64,000 bases of DNA from contig JALDZS010000137.1 of NCBI GenBank assembly GCA_022813965.1, forward strand, positions 1-64,000, in the 5' to 3' direction. This DNA comes from Toensbergia leucococca (Eukaryota). Both the position numbers and the translations under genes were made by a program. The notes beneath the pieces were generated by a model, which was not told the origin of the DNA, made no database searches, and saw nothing but the letters and a program-made list of their open reading frames with translations. Below, piece by piece: positions 14,315 through 29,688 of the stretch; position 1 is the first letter of the stretch; every line of letters starts with the position of its first letter.

Positions 14315-14967
14315 ATTGAATATTGCTTTTGAGATGCAACTCCCAGAGGCGAGTATGTACAAGTAGAGGATGATATAAGAACGTCAAGGGAATGATTTGA
14401 AATCAGAGTGCACGGGATCAGTTCCTTTTTCCACATCGACGGCCGATATCAGTGGCACCATTCACTCGTTCACCTAAGAATACGCCACGGTGCCATCTCT
14501 CCAACGCTCCATACCTTACTCAGCATACCTGTAGTACAAGAGATAGACTATATGTCCGAATCCATGGACCTGGACCTTGATCGTAAGCCGAGAGAGTTCA
14601 TCACGACATCCGGCAATGACACGATATTTGAGAGGAGAACTTCGATGTCACCTTGCAAAAGTAGATGATATGCATGATTCGTAATCATCCACTCTCCGAC
14701 TCGTCGTACTCGTAGAACCGCTCGCGCCGCTCTACCTATCGCTTGCACCTGCCGAATTTACGACCACATGTGCTTCGATATCATGTCTGAAAAATCACTC
14801 GTCAGTCTAGTAAAGAAAGCTTTTATTCATCCGTCTCCCTTTTCTGACTTGAGCTATTATGTTCGAGTACTCTGTAAGATACTTGGCGCTTCCAATCCGT
14901 GTCTCGGTTTTTCTGATATCCTACTCCATCGCTATCCTGTCACAGACAAACCCTTACAAAGCAATCC

Positions 14968-16002
14968 TCAAGCAATCCTCTTCAATTTCCTCCCTTTCCC
15001 GCCTGTCAGAGAAGACACTTTCTGCCTCTTTGGTATTTTGATAGGTGACGTTGACGTCCGCTTACTCCTCTTCCTATTTACCTGCACCCCAGTCTTCATT
15101 GTCACCGATCTCCCCTTTACTCTCTCATCAATCCCAGACCTTTCTCGCAGATATCTCATCCACACCATTCTGCACGCAGTCGGTGTTCGAACGAATCCCC
15201 GCCCCTCAAGCTCCTTTGATGCAACTTCCCAACGATGTTCTGTATCTGTCATACCGTTCGATTTGAGATCAGTTATGGTATCGATTAGGATCTCCTCCTC
15301 CCGAACATTCCAGCTTGTTTTGCCGTCGCTCCTCGGTGTTGTTTTGGGCGTGACAGTTTGAGGGACGCAGTCAGATACGGTACGACAGTCATTCCTGGTG
15401 CTGGCAGGGACGTTGCGCTTTGAATGTACCGGAAACCGCGCTTCCCATTGAATGATCAGAGGAATGTCGGGACTAGTTGACGGTGCAGTGGATGGTGAAA
15501 CTTTTTCGAATTTGATCGACGGATCCAAAGGAGGTGGGATGATCCGCAGTCGGCGGGTCATAGGTGCTGAGCTGAAAATATGGGACCATTCGCCAACGTT
15601 CCCAATCCCAAGTCTTATACAACGTTGACAGTACCATTCTTCTACGATCAATGAGTGAGTGCCATAGCTTTCAGAAGATTGATACTCACCATCGCGAGCT
15701 GGCAAAGTCTTTAAATCAAGGCATTCAGCATGAAACCATTCATAGCCGCATTCCGACTCATTGCTACATTGAATCATAATTTTCGAGTTATTTGTATTGG
15801 CGCCCCGGCAGGTGCAGTATAATAGTGCAGGTTCCGTCTCGACAGGCCCTGCGATTGCGTATTCTCGCTGCATCTGGAGCAGGAGGCGAGTCATTGTCGA
15901 GTCAAAGGTCCACTGGCTAATTGGTGGCCCTCCTGCTGTGCCTTGACCTGGAAGTGGACCACGTTCAAAGCCAAGCGAGAGCTCAGTAGATGACCGATCC
16001 AT
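14968..16002 (-). CDS. PHD-finger and Myb/SANT-like domain protein
   Basis: YCTC...MIQCSNESECGYEWFHAECL...WYCQRC is an ING-like PHD finger. WNVREEEIL...RWEVASKEL...RTPTACRMVW is Myb-like. Confidence 0.65.
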   Translation of the reverse strand: MDRSSTELSLGFERGPLPGQGTAGGPPISQWTFDSTMTRLLLQMQREYAIAGPVETEPALLYCTCRGANTNNSKIMIQCSNESECGYEWFHAECLDLKTLPARDGEYQSSESYGTHSLIVEEWYCQRCIRLGIGNVGEWSHIFSSAPMTRRLRIIPPPLDPSIKFEKVSPSTAPSTSPDIPLIIQWEARFPVHSKRNVPASTRNDCRTVSDCVPQTVTPKTTPRSDGKTSWNVREEEILIDTITDLKSNGMTDTEHRWEVASKELEGRGFVRTPTACRMVWMRYLRERSGIDERVKGRSVTMKTGVQVNRKRSKRTSTSPIKIPKRQKVSSLTGGKGRKLKRIA

Positions 16003-16262
16003 GACCGTGACGGGCTGTTTTCACATAGCTCTGAACGAATCAAGGTAGACTAAGTACTTTACCTTAGCGGAATTGTATGGTGTTGTTGATGTGGAGAGAT
16101 CACTAGTCAAGGAGCGGCTCAAAATGCCGAAGTATTTTAAGAGGGATGTATACATTGGGTGAATGACTGAATTGTGAGCTCGCTTTGTGCGAGTCAATAC
16201 AACACTCACTTTGGGCTCAATGCTCCAATCTTCATTATGCCTTGACACAGTCACGACAAGTC

Positions 16263-18337
16263 TTAAAAGCCTGTCGGATACGATGTTGTCAGTCGAGGTG
16301 TTACGGAATGACGTTCAAGGAGACACTTCTTCCCTACCCGTTTCCGTATTTCCTTCACCCATACTCTTGCTCCCACTGCTTCCACTCTGAATGGCACCAA
16401 GTATGCCATCAATATAGGCAGCGCCGCTCCACTTCTGATGTGTTAGTACGTCAACGCCCAATTCTTTCTCACGTCGCTGAACGAGCTTCACGTAAGCTAG
16501 CATTCCATCTTGTTGGAATTCCTTTGAGAGCTCGGCTGTGATTGTCGCTGTAGAATGAAGGCCCGCAAGGGAGATGAGCTGCAGAACAAAGCTGAGTCCA
16601 TCGTCAATATATTTGTATTTAGCTCAAAGCGGAATCACTGACCCATGCTTGGCAAGATCCCAGATGAAGGATTTCAGAGACACCTCATCGAATCCCTGAC
16701 CCATCCAATTGAAAGAGGGGCTGAGATTATACACCAACTGTTTTCCAGGATAGATCTCTCTGATCTCCTTTGCAAATCGACCTCCTTTGTCGACACTGGG
16801 ATCCGCTGTCTCTAGCCATAACAAGTCTGCATATGGAGCGAATTCAATGGCTCGTTTAGTGGCTGCTTGTAACCCAGCCCCATAATGGTAGAAGCCTTCC
16901 CTAGTCCTCGGAGCATCCCAAGAAAAGAAAATCGGCGACTTGGTATACTGAGCTGCGAGAGTTCTTCGCCTGGACAAGGGGAGATTTCGATCTCTCTTGA
17001 CTTTGGCCTTGTATTCTTCAATCTTACTTTTGTCCGCTTTCTCCTTCTCAAGATGCTTTACAACAGCTTCCGGTTCATCAGCCCATACGGTCATATGAAT
17101 TGTCACGATCAAATCTAGCCATACCTTCGTCATATGTCATTAATTCATGGTTTTTGACCCAGTTTGCTTCGTATCGATCGATCTCTTCTCCTGATGCGCC
17201 TTCAAGTTCCATAGCTTGAAGTGTCTCTGCCAGAGGTTCGACGTCTTCTGTTACACCCAGAATGTACTCATGATCTCGGACATCTACTGCACTACTAAGG
17301 AGTTTACCAGATTCAGAGTCGGTCCGAGCGATGAGGAGGTTCTCGCAGCCCATGAGATCCCATTGGAATCTAGCAGCTACTAATCGATTGATATGTTCGC
17401 CAACTGGTACAAGAACCTTGCCTGCTAGATGGCCGCACTTCTTGCCCCCGTGAAGTTGATCTTCGAAATGAACAGCAGCAGCGCCATTCTCTGCAAAGAG
17501 CTTTGCAAGTTTTAAGACAGCAGATAGCCCTCCATGTCTATCTAATTCGTTAGCTCTGGTTCCGTAGACTTTGCGTTTCTCTTTGATCTTACCCGGTGTC
17601 TCCGTCTGCAATAATTGGCCTCATATAATCAATGTAGGGTTTATGTTGTCGTTCCTCTGTACGCATCTTCCTCCTCGCATCCCAGTGCTTTCGGTCATGT
17701 AACTGCTGTGCTTTGAAAAGTCGTTGTACCTGATTTGGTACTGTGTTATATGGATAATCACCAAAGTCTGCGGATACCTCATTGGTCGTGGTGAGTACGG
17801 AAGAGCATGCCCAGCCGGAGATATAGAGCACCTCCTGATTGGGGGCCTGCTGTGTCATCTGCACCGGGTCAATAGCACCCACTTTTCGGCATTAGTGGTG
17901 CAGAGCATACAATCCTCGTTCTTCTTGAAGGACGTACTAGTATGTACAGGCTCTCCGGCTGCAGATTTTTCTTTGAGAAGATTGAACAATTTTCTCGCCA
18001 TCAGAGAGCTAGGGTACCTCTGTTGCAACGAGCCTCTTTTAGCGACAACGTCTTTGGCCGAGTAGGGTCTCTTGATGCCTTCATATCTCGGTGTATTCCA
18101 CCATTCTTTTACATCTTCTACTTGCTGCTCAAACAGAGAGTCCTCGGCAGGTCCAGCTTTTCCCAAGGTCGGTAGTAATTGATAGGAATCTGATGGCAAG
18201 GCAGAGGAAAGCGGGGGTATCACTGTAGGCAAATGGGTTGACATGTTCCGCGTAGCAATAGCAGGTTTCCGCCAGGATGTATTCAAGCATATTCGAACTG
18301 GATGCCTTGGCAAGGTGAGTGCTACACGGCGAAGCAT
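16263..18337 (-). CDS. mclA: Mitochondrial 2-methylisocitrate lyase (isocitrate lyase family)
   Basis: [14 protein letters not shown] catalytic motif, [17 protein letters not shown] and THQKWSGA. Arg-rich presequence; last exon gives ...NTETGF*. Divergent from a methylcitrate synthase-like gene. Confidence 0.9.
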
Positions 18338-18940
18338 TTTGGCTACAGGCAGAATTCTTATATGTTCAATCGGTACGAAAGCTGAACACTAGAGTATTAC
18401 TGCTAGCATTAGCCCAGGCGTCTTTTCCGGGTGGCAACTCTTGCTGAAAATTGGGGATTGAGGCGAGTGCAGCAATTCAAGTAGAATTTAATACGTACTA
18501 AGCAACTTTGCCCACAATGCTATGACATTGATTGACAGCTTGCCTTGCATGAAATGTCCCGCGTACACATGTCTCAACAGTCTCAATGCTGCAATCCCTC
18601 GAATATAATTTCATCTGCATACCAAATTGGTGGAAACCTTAAGGAGTACTTTACGCGTCAATATAAAGAGACACAACGGCCTCCGAAACCGGAGCAACCC
18701 CACCTCGACCGCGGGCATGAGGCCGAGGGGCTGCGGAGGAGCTTCGAACGCTGCTCTTACGTGGGTTACAATGACCGACCGCAGTAGGAAAGACAATCGT
18801 ACCAACCAATGCTAATGCTGGTTCCACTTACTAGAATAGAGGCCATTGACCTCTAGAGCTCTCCTGTCGCCTACGCTGGCCGTCATTCCCGTCGACAAAC
18901 CTCCTCACCCTACATCTAAGATCAATTGACCTCCACGACC

Positions 18941-20462
18941 ATGTCTTTGGGCACTCGAGCAGCCTCGAACGCTCTTCGGAGTCTAAGACCTGTTCATAGC
19001 ATCCCTTCACGAACCTATTCCTCCACCTCGGAACCCAATCTAAAGGCCACTCTGAGAGAACTCATTCCCGCTAAAAGGGAATTGTTAAAGAAGGTCAAAA
19101 GTCATGCTAACAAAGTGATTGGCGAAGTCAAGGTTGAGAATACCATTGGAGGGATGAGGTAGCTCAATTGGGGCCTAGCCATCAGCGAGAGTATGTTGAC
19201 GAGTCATGCAGAGGACTGAAAGCCATGCTGTGGGAAGGGTCTGTATTAGATGCCAACGAGGGCATTCGCTTCCACGGCAAAACCATCAAAGACTGCCAAC
19301 AAGAGCTTCCCAAAGGCACCTCGGGCACCGAGATGCTCCCCGAAGCAATGTTCTGGCTACTCCTGACTGGCCAAGTACCTTCCACAACCCAAGTCCGCGC
19401 TTTCTCGAGAGAACTAGCCGAGAAAGCTTCTCTCCCCAGCTTCGTGGAACACATGCTCGACAACTTCCCCGCCGATCTTCATCCAATGACCCAATTCGCC
19501 TGCGCCGTCTCGACGCTCAACCACACATCCGTCTTCGCCAAAGCCTACGAAAAGGGTGTCAATAAAGCCGAATACTGGGAACCTACCTTTGACGACAGCA
19601 TCTCTCTCTTAGCAAAGCTTCCCACAATCGCAGCAAAGATTTACCAAAACTCTTACCGAGGCGGAGGTGATCTGCCCGCAAGAGTGGATATAGAGCAAGA
19701 CTGGTCATACAACTTCGCAGCCATGCTCGGCAAAGGTGGTAAAGAAAATGAAAACTTCCAAGACCTCCTCCGCTTATACCTCGCCCTGCACGGCGACCAT
19801 GAAGGTGGAAATGTCTCCGCCCACGCAACCCACCTAGTTGGTAGCGCCCTCAGCGACCCCTTCCTCAGCTACAGCGCTGGACTCCAAGGTCTCGCCGGCC
19901 CCTTACACGGGTAAGCCCCCCATAGCCACATCCCACCCCCTGTCCCCAAAAACACTAACCCCTCCCAAGCCTCGCAGCGCAAGAAGTGCTCCGCTGGATC
20001 CTAAAAATGCAATCCCATATCGGCCCCTCCATCACCGACACAGCTGTAAAAGACTACCTCTGGAGCACCCTCAAATCCGGCCAAGTCGTCCCCGGCTACG
20101 GCCACGCCGTCCTCCGCAAACCTGATCCCCGCTTCGAAGCCCTCATGACCTTTGCCTCCTCGCGGCCCGAAATCGCAAACGATCCCGTCTTCCAGCTCGT
20201 GCGCAAAAACTCGGAAATCGCCCCGGCGGTGCTGATGGAGCACGGCAAGACCAAGAATCCTTACCCCAACGTCGACTCCTCCTCGGGCGTCCTCTTTCAT
20301 CACTATGGCTTTCATGAAACTCTTTATTATACCGCTACTTTTGGCGTTAGTCGTGGTCTGGGGCCCTTGGCGCAGCTGATTTGGGATCGCGCGCTCGGGT
20401 TGCCGATTGAACGCCCCAAGAGCATTAACTTGGAGGGCTTGTTGGCATTGGTGGAGGGGTGA
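18941..20462 (+). CDS. mcsA: 2-methylcitrate synthase (citrate synthase family)
   Basis: [33 protein letters not shown] and NPYPNVD motifs with a mitochondrial presequence and two introns. The methylcitrate assignment rests on the adjacent methylisocitrate lyase. Confidence 0.88.
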
Positions 20463-20942
20463 GATGATGATTTTTTTGGTTATTTGGGAAAGGGGTGTGG
20501 TGTATACATGTCTAGCTTGGCTCAGACTTGGCTCACTAGACAAAGGGGTTTCTAGAAGGGAGAGGATCGAGGAAATGATTCATGTCAACATCATCCAAGG
20601 GTTGCGGTGCGTGATCACAATGCAAGACTTGCGTGATTACGGAAGGGACGACGAGCCGGGTTTAAGCGACGGATATATGTCATTTAGTCTGATATCGAGG
20701 CCCTGGATTCAATCAATCCCTCAAAGCCATTGAGATATATAGTCACGCCCCGGCACCCCTTCACACCTCCATTTATCCTCCCTCTACCTCTTTTCGCCTC
20801 TCCTCTTCCCCTTTCTCCTTTTTTCCGGCCAACATTCCTCACGGCCCCAAGTTCCTAAATCCAAACCCATAACTCTTTTGAAAAAAAAAAAAAATTCCTC
20901 AAACTTTTCCCACCCCCAAGATACTCCATCCATAAAACGGTT

Positions 20943-23749
<2,807 letters not shown>

Positions 23750-24180
23750 CTATGCAAGATGTTGAGTGCGTCTTTCCAGAAAGCGAGACGTTTGTCTGCA
23801 AGTCAATTGGTAATGTGCGCCTTTCGAACGAAGCTTCGAGTGAGGGGTCTGGGTAGTTCAAAAGGAATTGAAATAGTGATGAGGATGCCGTCTAGAAATC
23901 TGAATCGTAGAAACAAATGAGGGAAGTGCACACAAATCAGAAATATCTACAAGATGAAAGTGTCCAAAGAAATAGTATGAAAGTGCTTCCTGGGGGGTTT
24001 TCATGTTTAAAGATTTGAATTTGTTTCCCCACCATGACAGAAGTGACGAAGGTTCGACGTTGAAAAATTGAAAAATTTCTAGTCACAGACCCTCGGCCCG
24101 CAGACGACTTAGTTAGGGCAGAGTTTTTCGGGACTCCCGTCACATGAAGGCAGAGATTTATTCTCGCTCCTGGGAATCAG

Positions 24181-24219
24181 CCTTTTCCTTTTCCTTTTCC
24201 TTTTCCTTTTCCTTTTCCT
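24181..24219 (+). repeat. (CCTTTT)n microsatellite
   Basis: About 6 tandem copies of ccttttc-type hexamer. Confidence 0.85.
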
Positions 24220-24764
24220 CATTGGAGCTATTAGAATACGATCATTACAGCGTATACTCGTACAAGAGTGGCACTCCAATACCATGTTTCAATCGTTTCA
24301 GGAAGACATGTCTGCCTACGAATGCTCCTAGGTGATGGGCCTCGTGGGCAGACATGTCGCTAGAACAGGCCATCTCAAAAGACTTGTTAAGCTGTGGACA
24401 GAACTTCAGATAGTCTTACATAGCAGTACACTGGTCCAAATATGAATATGCATTGCTCAATTACCGACCATGTACACGTCGTCGTCACCAATTGAATCTC
24501 CCAAGACAGGGTTTTCTGATATTGAAATACAGCACAGGCAGGAATGAAATAGGCTCGCAGAACACACAGTCCCCAACTCCATTCGCACGCCGAAGCTCAT
24601 GAGTCCAGCTAATTTACTAGCCTGTAAGATTATCGTACCCACAACGAGAGCCTGGTGCTCCTGAATCCTGACCTGAAGACAGGGCTCCAGTTGACCAATT
24701 CGATTCCCTAGTCTTTGAGACACCAGACAAAGCCATCCGAGTCTCTAGTTTCGCTGCACAGGAT

Positions 24765-25584
24765 TTATTTATGGGAAGCAACGACTATGGGAAACCTTTA
24801 GTAATGTCACACAAGCATCACCCTTTGCTGTATCACTCACCAGCAGGTACAATTATGACAATCAGTAATATGATGATCCCAACGATCAAGCACATCCTCA
24901 TTTTCATGTCCTTCCACCACATCTGCTTACGAACCCGATTTGCACCACGCCTAAAGCCTTGAGCGGATACAGCGAGGTTGTCGGTTTTGTCTTGAAGCGA
25001 GTCTAGGTTATCCCCACGTTGCGAGACTTTGTTGATGTTCTCGCGCATAACTCCCACCGTGTCGTCGATTTGCTGAATTAGAAGAAGTCAGCTTGTTGGA
25101 CTTTCCAGTAAGTTGCCAAATTAGACAGCGAATGGAAATCCCTAAAAATCAAGGAACACCGATCAAACCAACACAACCTGAACATGAACCCTTGGTGTCA
25201 TATTCAGGATTATAGGCAGGCTTGGGAGAGGCGTTGCGGGCGTATTAGCCATCGTAAATCATTTCGCCAACGTAGTGATCTGCCATGCTTTAGGTTGTTG
25301 TGTATCGAGTTTTTGAGTTCGATAGTATCAGTCTATGGAATCGTTGGTGCCATCTCCAGCGCGAAGGCGATAGCGGCAAATCGACACGTCCATATATCCA
25401 TAGAGAAGGCCTTTGACTTGAGGGAATCTTTCTGGGCTTTTAGGCTAGTGAGCAGAGAAAATGAGGCACCTACCGCTTGGAGCGCCGCAGTTCTCTGGTT
25501 GCCTCCATTTTGTACCGTGCTTCCACCGGGAGCTGAGTTACCTGAAGGAATGTACGGATCGTAGGGTTGCTCGCGGTCAGCCAT
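24765..25584 (-). CDS. SNC1: Synaptobrevin v-SNARE
   Basis: Three exons: [14 protein letters not shown]...RTAALQA / [29 protein letters not shown]...MWWKDMK plus TM / VVASHK*. Confidence 0.92.
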
Positions 25585-26730
25585 TGCTGGAAAGTCTCCG
25601 AAGAGTTTGTTGCAGTGGATTTCGTGGGTTTATCAGAGCGAAAGGAAGAAATATGGATCGCTCAGTAGATGTGGTTGTTGCGGACAGATTTGGTGTTGGA
25701 GGTAAGGTGTCAGCGACCGAAGAATAGAATAGTGTGGAAACTTGTTTGCACGACCGAATGGTTTTGGATTAAAGCGGCCTAAGAGATAAATATCGCGAGG
25801 ATGGTGTGGAGTGCAAGATACATGAAGAGGCTATCAACAAGACTTGTTTGATGTGGATTAAACAAAGACAGCAACTGCAATGTTCGTGCTCGTAGATTTA
25901 GGAGCTTATTGATGATCACGTGTACTGTGTTCCAGCTGACTAATACAGGAGTACGAATGCGTCGTTGTGCTTGGTGGCGGCAATATCAAGACTCGTAACA
26001 ATGTGTACTCTATGTTGAACGATGGACACTTGATAATGGTCTCACCGCGTACTACGAGCTGATAATTCCCGGATATGTTCTCTTTAGCATTCTAAGCGCT
26101 CGGACAATGAGGCATCATTGAGGCACATCAAAAGCAAGAAGTTAGTCGAGAAACGAAACAAACTGAAGTCATCGGGCCTCGCTGTTGAAGTTGCCTTTTA
26201 CCTCTACTGTTCTACGTCACATAATGCTTTAGGATTATAAGAATCGATAGGTCGCAATTGAGACAGTGTATACGATGGCGCGATGGATGATAGAATATCT
26301 TAAATTATGGTGAATTCATTGATCGCCCTGAGCAACTGCTGCGGCTGCCGACGCGTCATCCGCTAGCCTTGTTCGGCACTCTGAGGCACCTTGAATTTCT
26401 TGATCATTTTCCAGAATCCACTTGGAAATCTACCAAGACAATCACTTTTAGTCTCGTTCCTTCATTTGTATCAAGCACTGGCTGAAGTCCAGAACTTCAA
26501 GCGTCAGGTTGAAGACGCTCACTACTCAAACAATTGTGGATTCTTTACTCCGGTCAGCTTCACCGTTGTTTGTCACTCGTGCTGGACAGAGGGACAAAGG
26601 CACGCACTGTGAAAATCAGATCCGAAAGTGAGATATTCTGAATACGGAACAGGCGCTTTCTCTCCTTCAGCAAAATAACATCTTGCCCTCCCAAAACCTA
26701 GCGAAAACCAACCTTCGTCAGTCGCTCACA

Positions 26731-28280
26731 ATGAGACTATTCATAAGAACCTCAGGGGGCGGAACATTTCAATCGTGGATTGGGATTGCAGCCTCATTAT
26801 TGGCTGGGAGTACTGTCGTTTCCAGCATAAGTTTGGATCTGGATGATCCGGGTAAGTGAATTCGTACCTACCTTACACAAACATCCAGTCCTCGAGAATA
26901 TGAGATCGTAATCATGAAGAGCTGACATATTTGCTTATCAGCCTCCATAAAATCGGCTGCCAAAACAATAGCGTATGGAATGATGAAATACTATACTGGC
27001 AACGAGACAGGAGGAATACCTGGCAATCTACCAGCACCATACTACTGGTGGGAAGCTGGGGCAGCTTTCGGAGCCTTACTTGACTACTACTATTACACAG
27101 GGAACAGCGAGTACAACGATGTCACAACCCAGGCCCTACTATTCCAAGTGGGACCGAATGATGACTATATGCCACCAAACCAGACAAAGACCGAGGGTAA
27201 CGACGACCAAGGGTTTTGGGGACTGGCAGCGATGTCTGCAGCAGAGCAGAAGTTTCCAGATCCTCCATCCAATGAACCACAATGGCTTGCTCTTGCGCAG
27301 GCTGTCTTCAACTCCCAAGCAATGCGATGGGATAACTCGACTTGCGCAGGCGGATTAAGATGGCAAATTTTTACCTTTAACAATGGGTACGATTACAAAA
27401 ACAGCATCTCGAATGGATGCTTCTTCAATCTTGGTGCTCGTCTTGCCGTGTATACAGGAAATCAAACTTATGCGGACTGGGCCGAGAGAACATGGGAGTG
27501 GGTTTTGGCCGTAGGGTTGATGAGTCCACAGTACCAAATTTACGACGGCACCAACGATCTAGAGAATTGTTCCTCAGTTGATCACCACCAATGGACTTAT
27601 AACGCAGGTGTTTATCTCCTGGGAGCTGCTAACATGTATAATTTTGTGAGTATGCTTTGAATTTTAATACCCAGCCATTGCAATGCTTATACTATTCCTC
27701 TACTCAGACAAATGGTTCCGATATTTGGCGGGAACGCGTCGAAGGTCTACTCAACGCCACCGACGTCTTCTTCTCACCTACAGTGCCGAATGTAATGTAC
27801 GAGGTCGCCTGCGAAGCCCTTGGTACCTGCGACGTGGACCAGAAATCATTCAAAGCTTACTTGGCCCGCTGGATGGCCGCCACCACCAAGCTTGCCCCTT
27901 TCACATCCGACTATGTTATGACCAAACTCCGCGCTTCAGCCACCGCTGCTGCTGAGCAGTGCTCTGGTGGTACTGACGGTGTAACGTGCGGGCTGCAATG
28001 GACGAAGGGAACTGTTTGGGATGGTAGCTACGGCGTTGGGGAGCAGATGAGCGCGCTAGAAGTTATCCAATCGAACTTGATTGAGCAGTCCGTGGCTCCA
28101 GTAACTAACTCAAGTGGGGGCACGAGTCAAGGGGATCCTTCGGCCGGGACAAGCGGGACAAGCTCGCAGGGAACAGACATCACAAGAACCGTTACTCAAG
28201 GCGATAGGGTGGGTGCAGGGTTTCTCACCGCTTTAGTCCTTGTTGGCGTGATAGGCGGCACTTGCTGGATGGTAGCGTGA
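26731..28280 (+). CDS. GPI-anchored GH76 alpha-1,6-mannanase (DFG5/DCW1 family)
   Basis: Signal peptide, [30 protein letters not shown], a Ser/Thr/Gly linker and a hydrophobic GPI tail. Two introns. Confidence 0.92.
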
Positions 28281-28439
28281 TGATTGTTCGTTCTATTCGT
28301 GTTTGTTAGCATTATCTTTTGTTCGACTTTCTCTTGAAGCTCGCTCTCCCTCTCATATCTCATATTTGAGCATAGCGTTATGGAGTCTTGGGGCTCGCGA
28401 AGTGCTCTTTAAGGAGCTTTCGTCTGCATTGGCGGGGGG

Positions 28440-29420
28440 ATTTTTTTTTTTTTTTTTGAGAATGATTGTATTGTAGGAGGGACCTTTTGATGATGAAGGT
28501 CTAAATAGAGTATGGTTCATATGAGTACGTGTTGAAGGGGAAAGCTTTTTCTCTGAGTTATCTGAGTTATTGTCAAGGTCATTGTCATGTCACATATCTG
28601 TGAGGTTCATCTCTGTATCACCCCCATACATGCTTCATGTGTATCTATTTGTCATGATCTAAACTAATCACCAGACTCAATCTAGCTGAATGTGACTAAG
28701 TGAGTCATCTCTACCTATATAACTTCATCATGAGTGATCAGGCTGCACCTTGATTTTTTTGATAGTTGATTTTTCAGATTACACTGCTTTGATGAGTTGT
28801 TTAGTGCTTACAGATCTGTTTGTGACTGTGTGTTATGTGTTATGTATGTGTATATTGTGTGTCTGTAAAGAGTTTTGTTATTATAAACTGATCTTTGATC
28901 ACTAAGATGACTCCTTAATGCAGTTTAATCAGAAAATCATCTATGAGAATTAAGATGATACACAGAGCTGACACTTGTATGAGAGTGACTAGTCTAGTCT
29001 GAATATCTGACTAAATCAGTTTAGATTATGATAGTCTGTGTGAGCAGAGAGTTGATTAAATAATAAGATCTAATGTTGTTTTAAAGAGTCTTGAAGTGAG
29101 AAGTTTACCTGCAAAGTAGTTGAGATGTGAATGTCATAATTGGTTTTTTTAAGATTGAGAGAATGTTGATGTTGTGATTTTAAGAATGTTAGAGTGACTT
29201 TAGTGAAGGAGGGAGGGTTGATGCAAATGAAGATGTGAATGAGAGTGATGAGAGGGACATTGAGAAGGGAGGAGGTTTTTTGTGAGTGAGAATAGATAAG
29301 GCTGTGACTTGTGATTGTGAGATGAAGAAAAGTGAAGGAGAATTCTTGCCCCGGGGGGGTTTAAAGAAGCTGAAGAGATTCAATCATTAATGTAATGAAG
29401 AATAAAAATTCAAGAAGAGA
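28440..29420. other. AT-rich, CpG-depleted degenerate tract (probable mutated repeat/TE relic)
   Basis: Almost no CG dinucleotides by eye, abundant TGA/TCA, no credible ORF. Lies between the housekeeping block and the accessory block. Confidence 0.55.
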
Positions 29421-29688
29421 GATTCCTCGTTGGTGAGAGTTGTGATCCCGGAAGAATCTCACAATTAGGAAGTCAGTATGGGGTTTGAAATGGGGTTCAT
29501 GGTACTGCAGGCAGTTGCATGGCTTCCGAGTCTGAATTGCAGCAAGTGTTCTGAGCTTGAATTTGATATATTGTGCGCATAAAAGAATCCGAGGTGCTGT
29601 TTGGATGTGTTATGTCAGTGGTGTGTGCCTATCCTCGGACACTATCGAGAAAAGGAAGATACACTTCCGCAAGAGGCGGCCGAGCTAC

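Noticed and set aside
24030..24080. GGTTCGA suggesting a tRNA T-loop (also near 51905)
   Set aside because: No cloverleaf stems or A-box could be built around either site.
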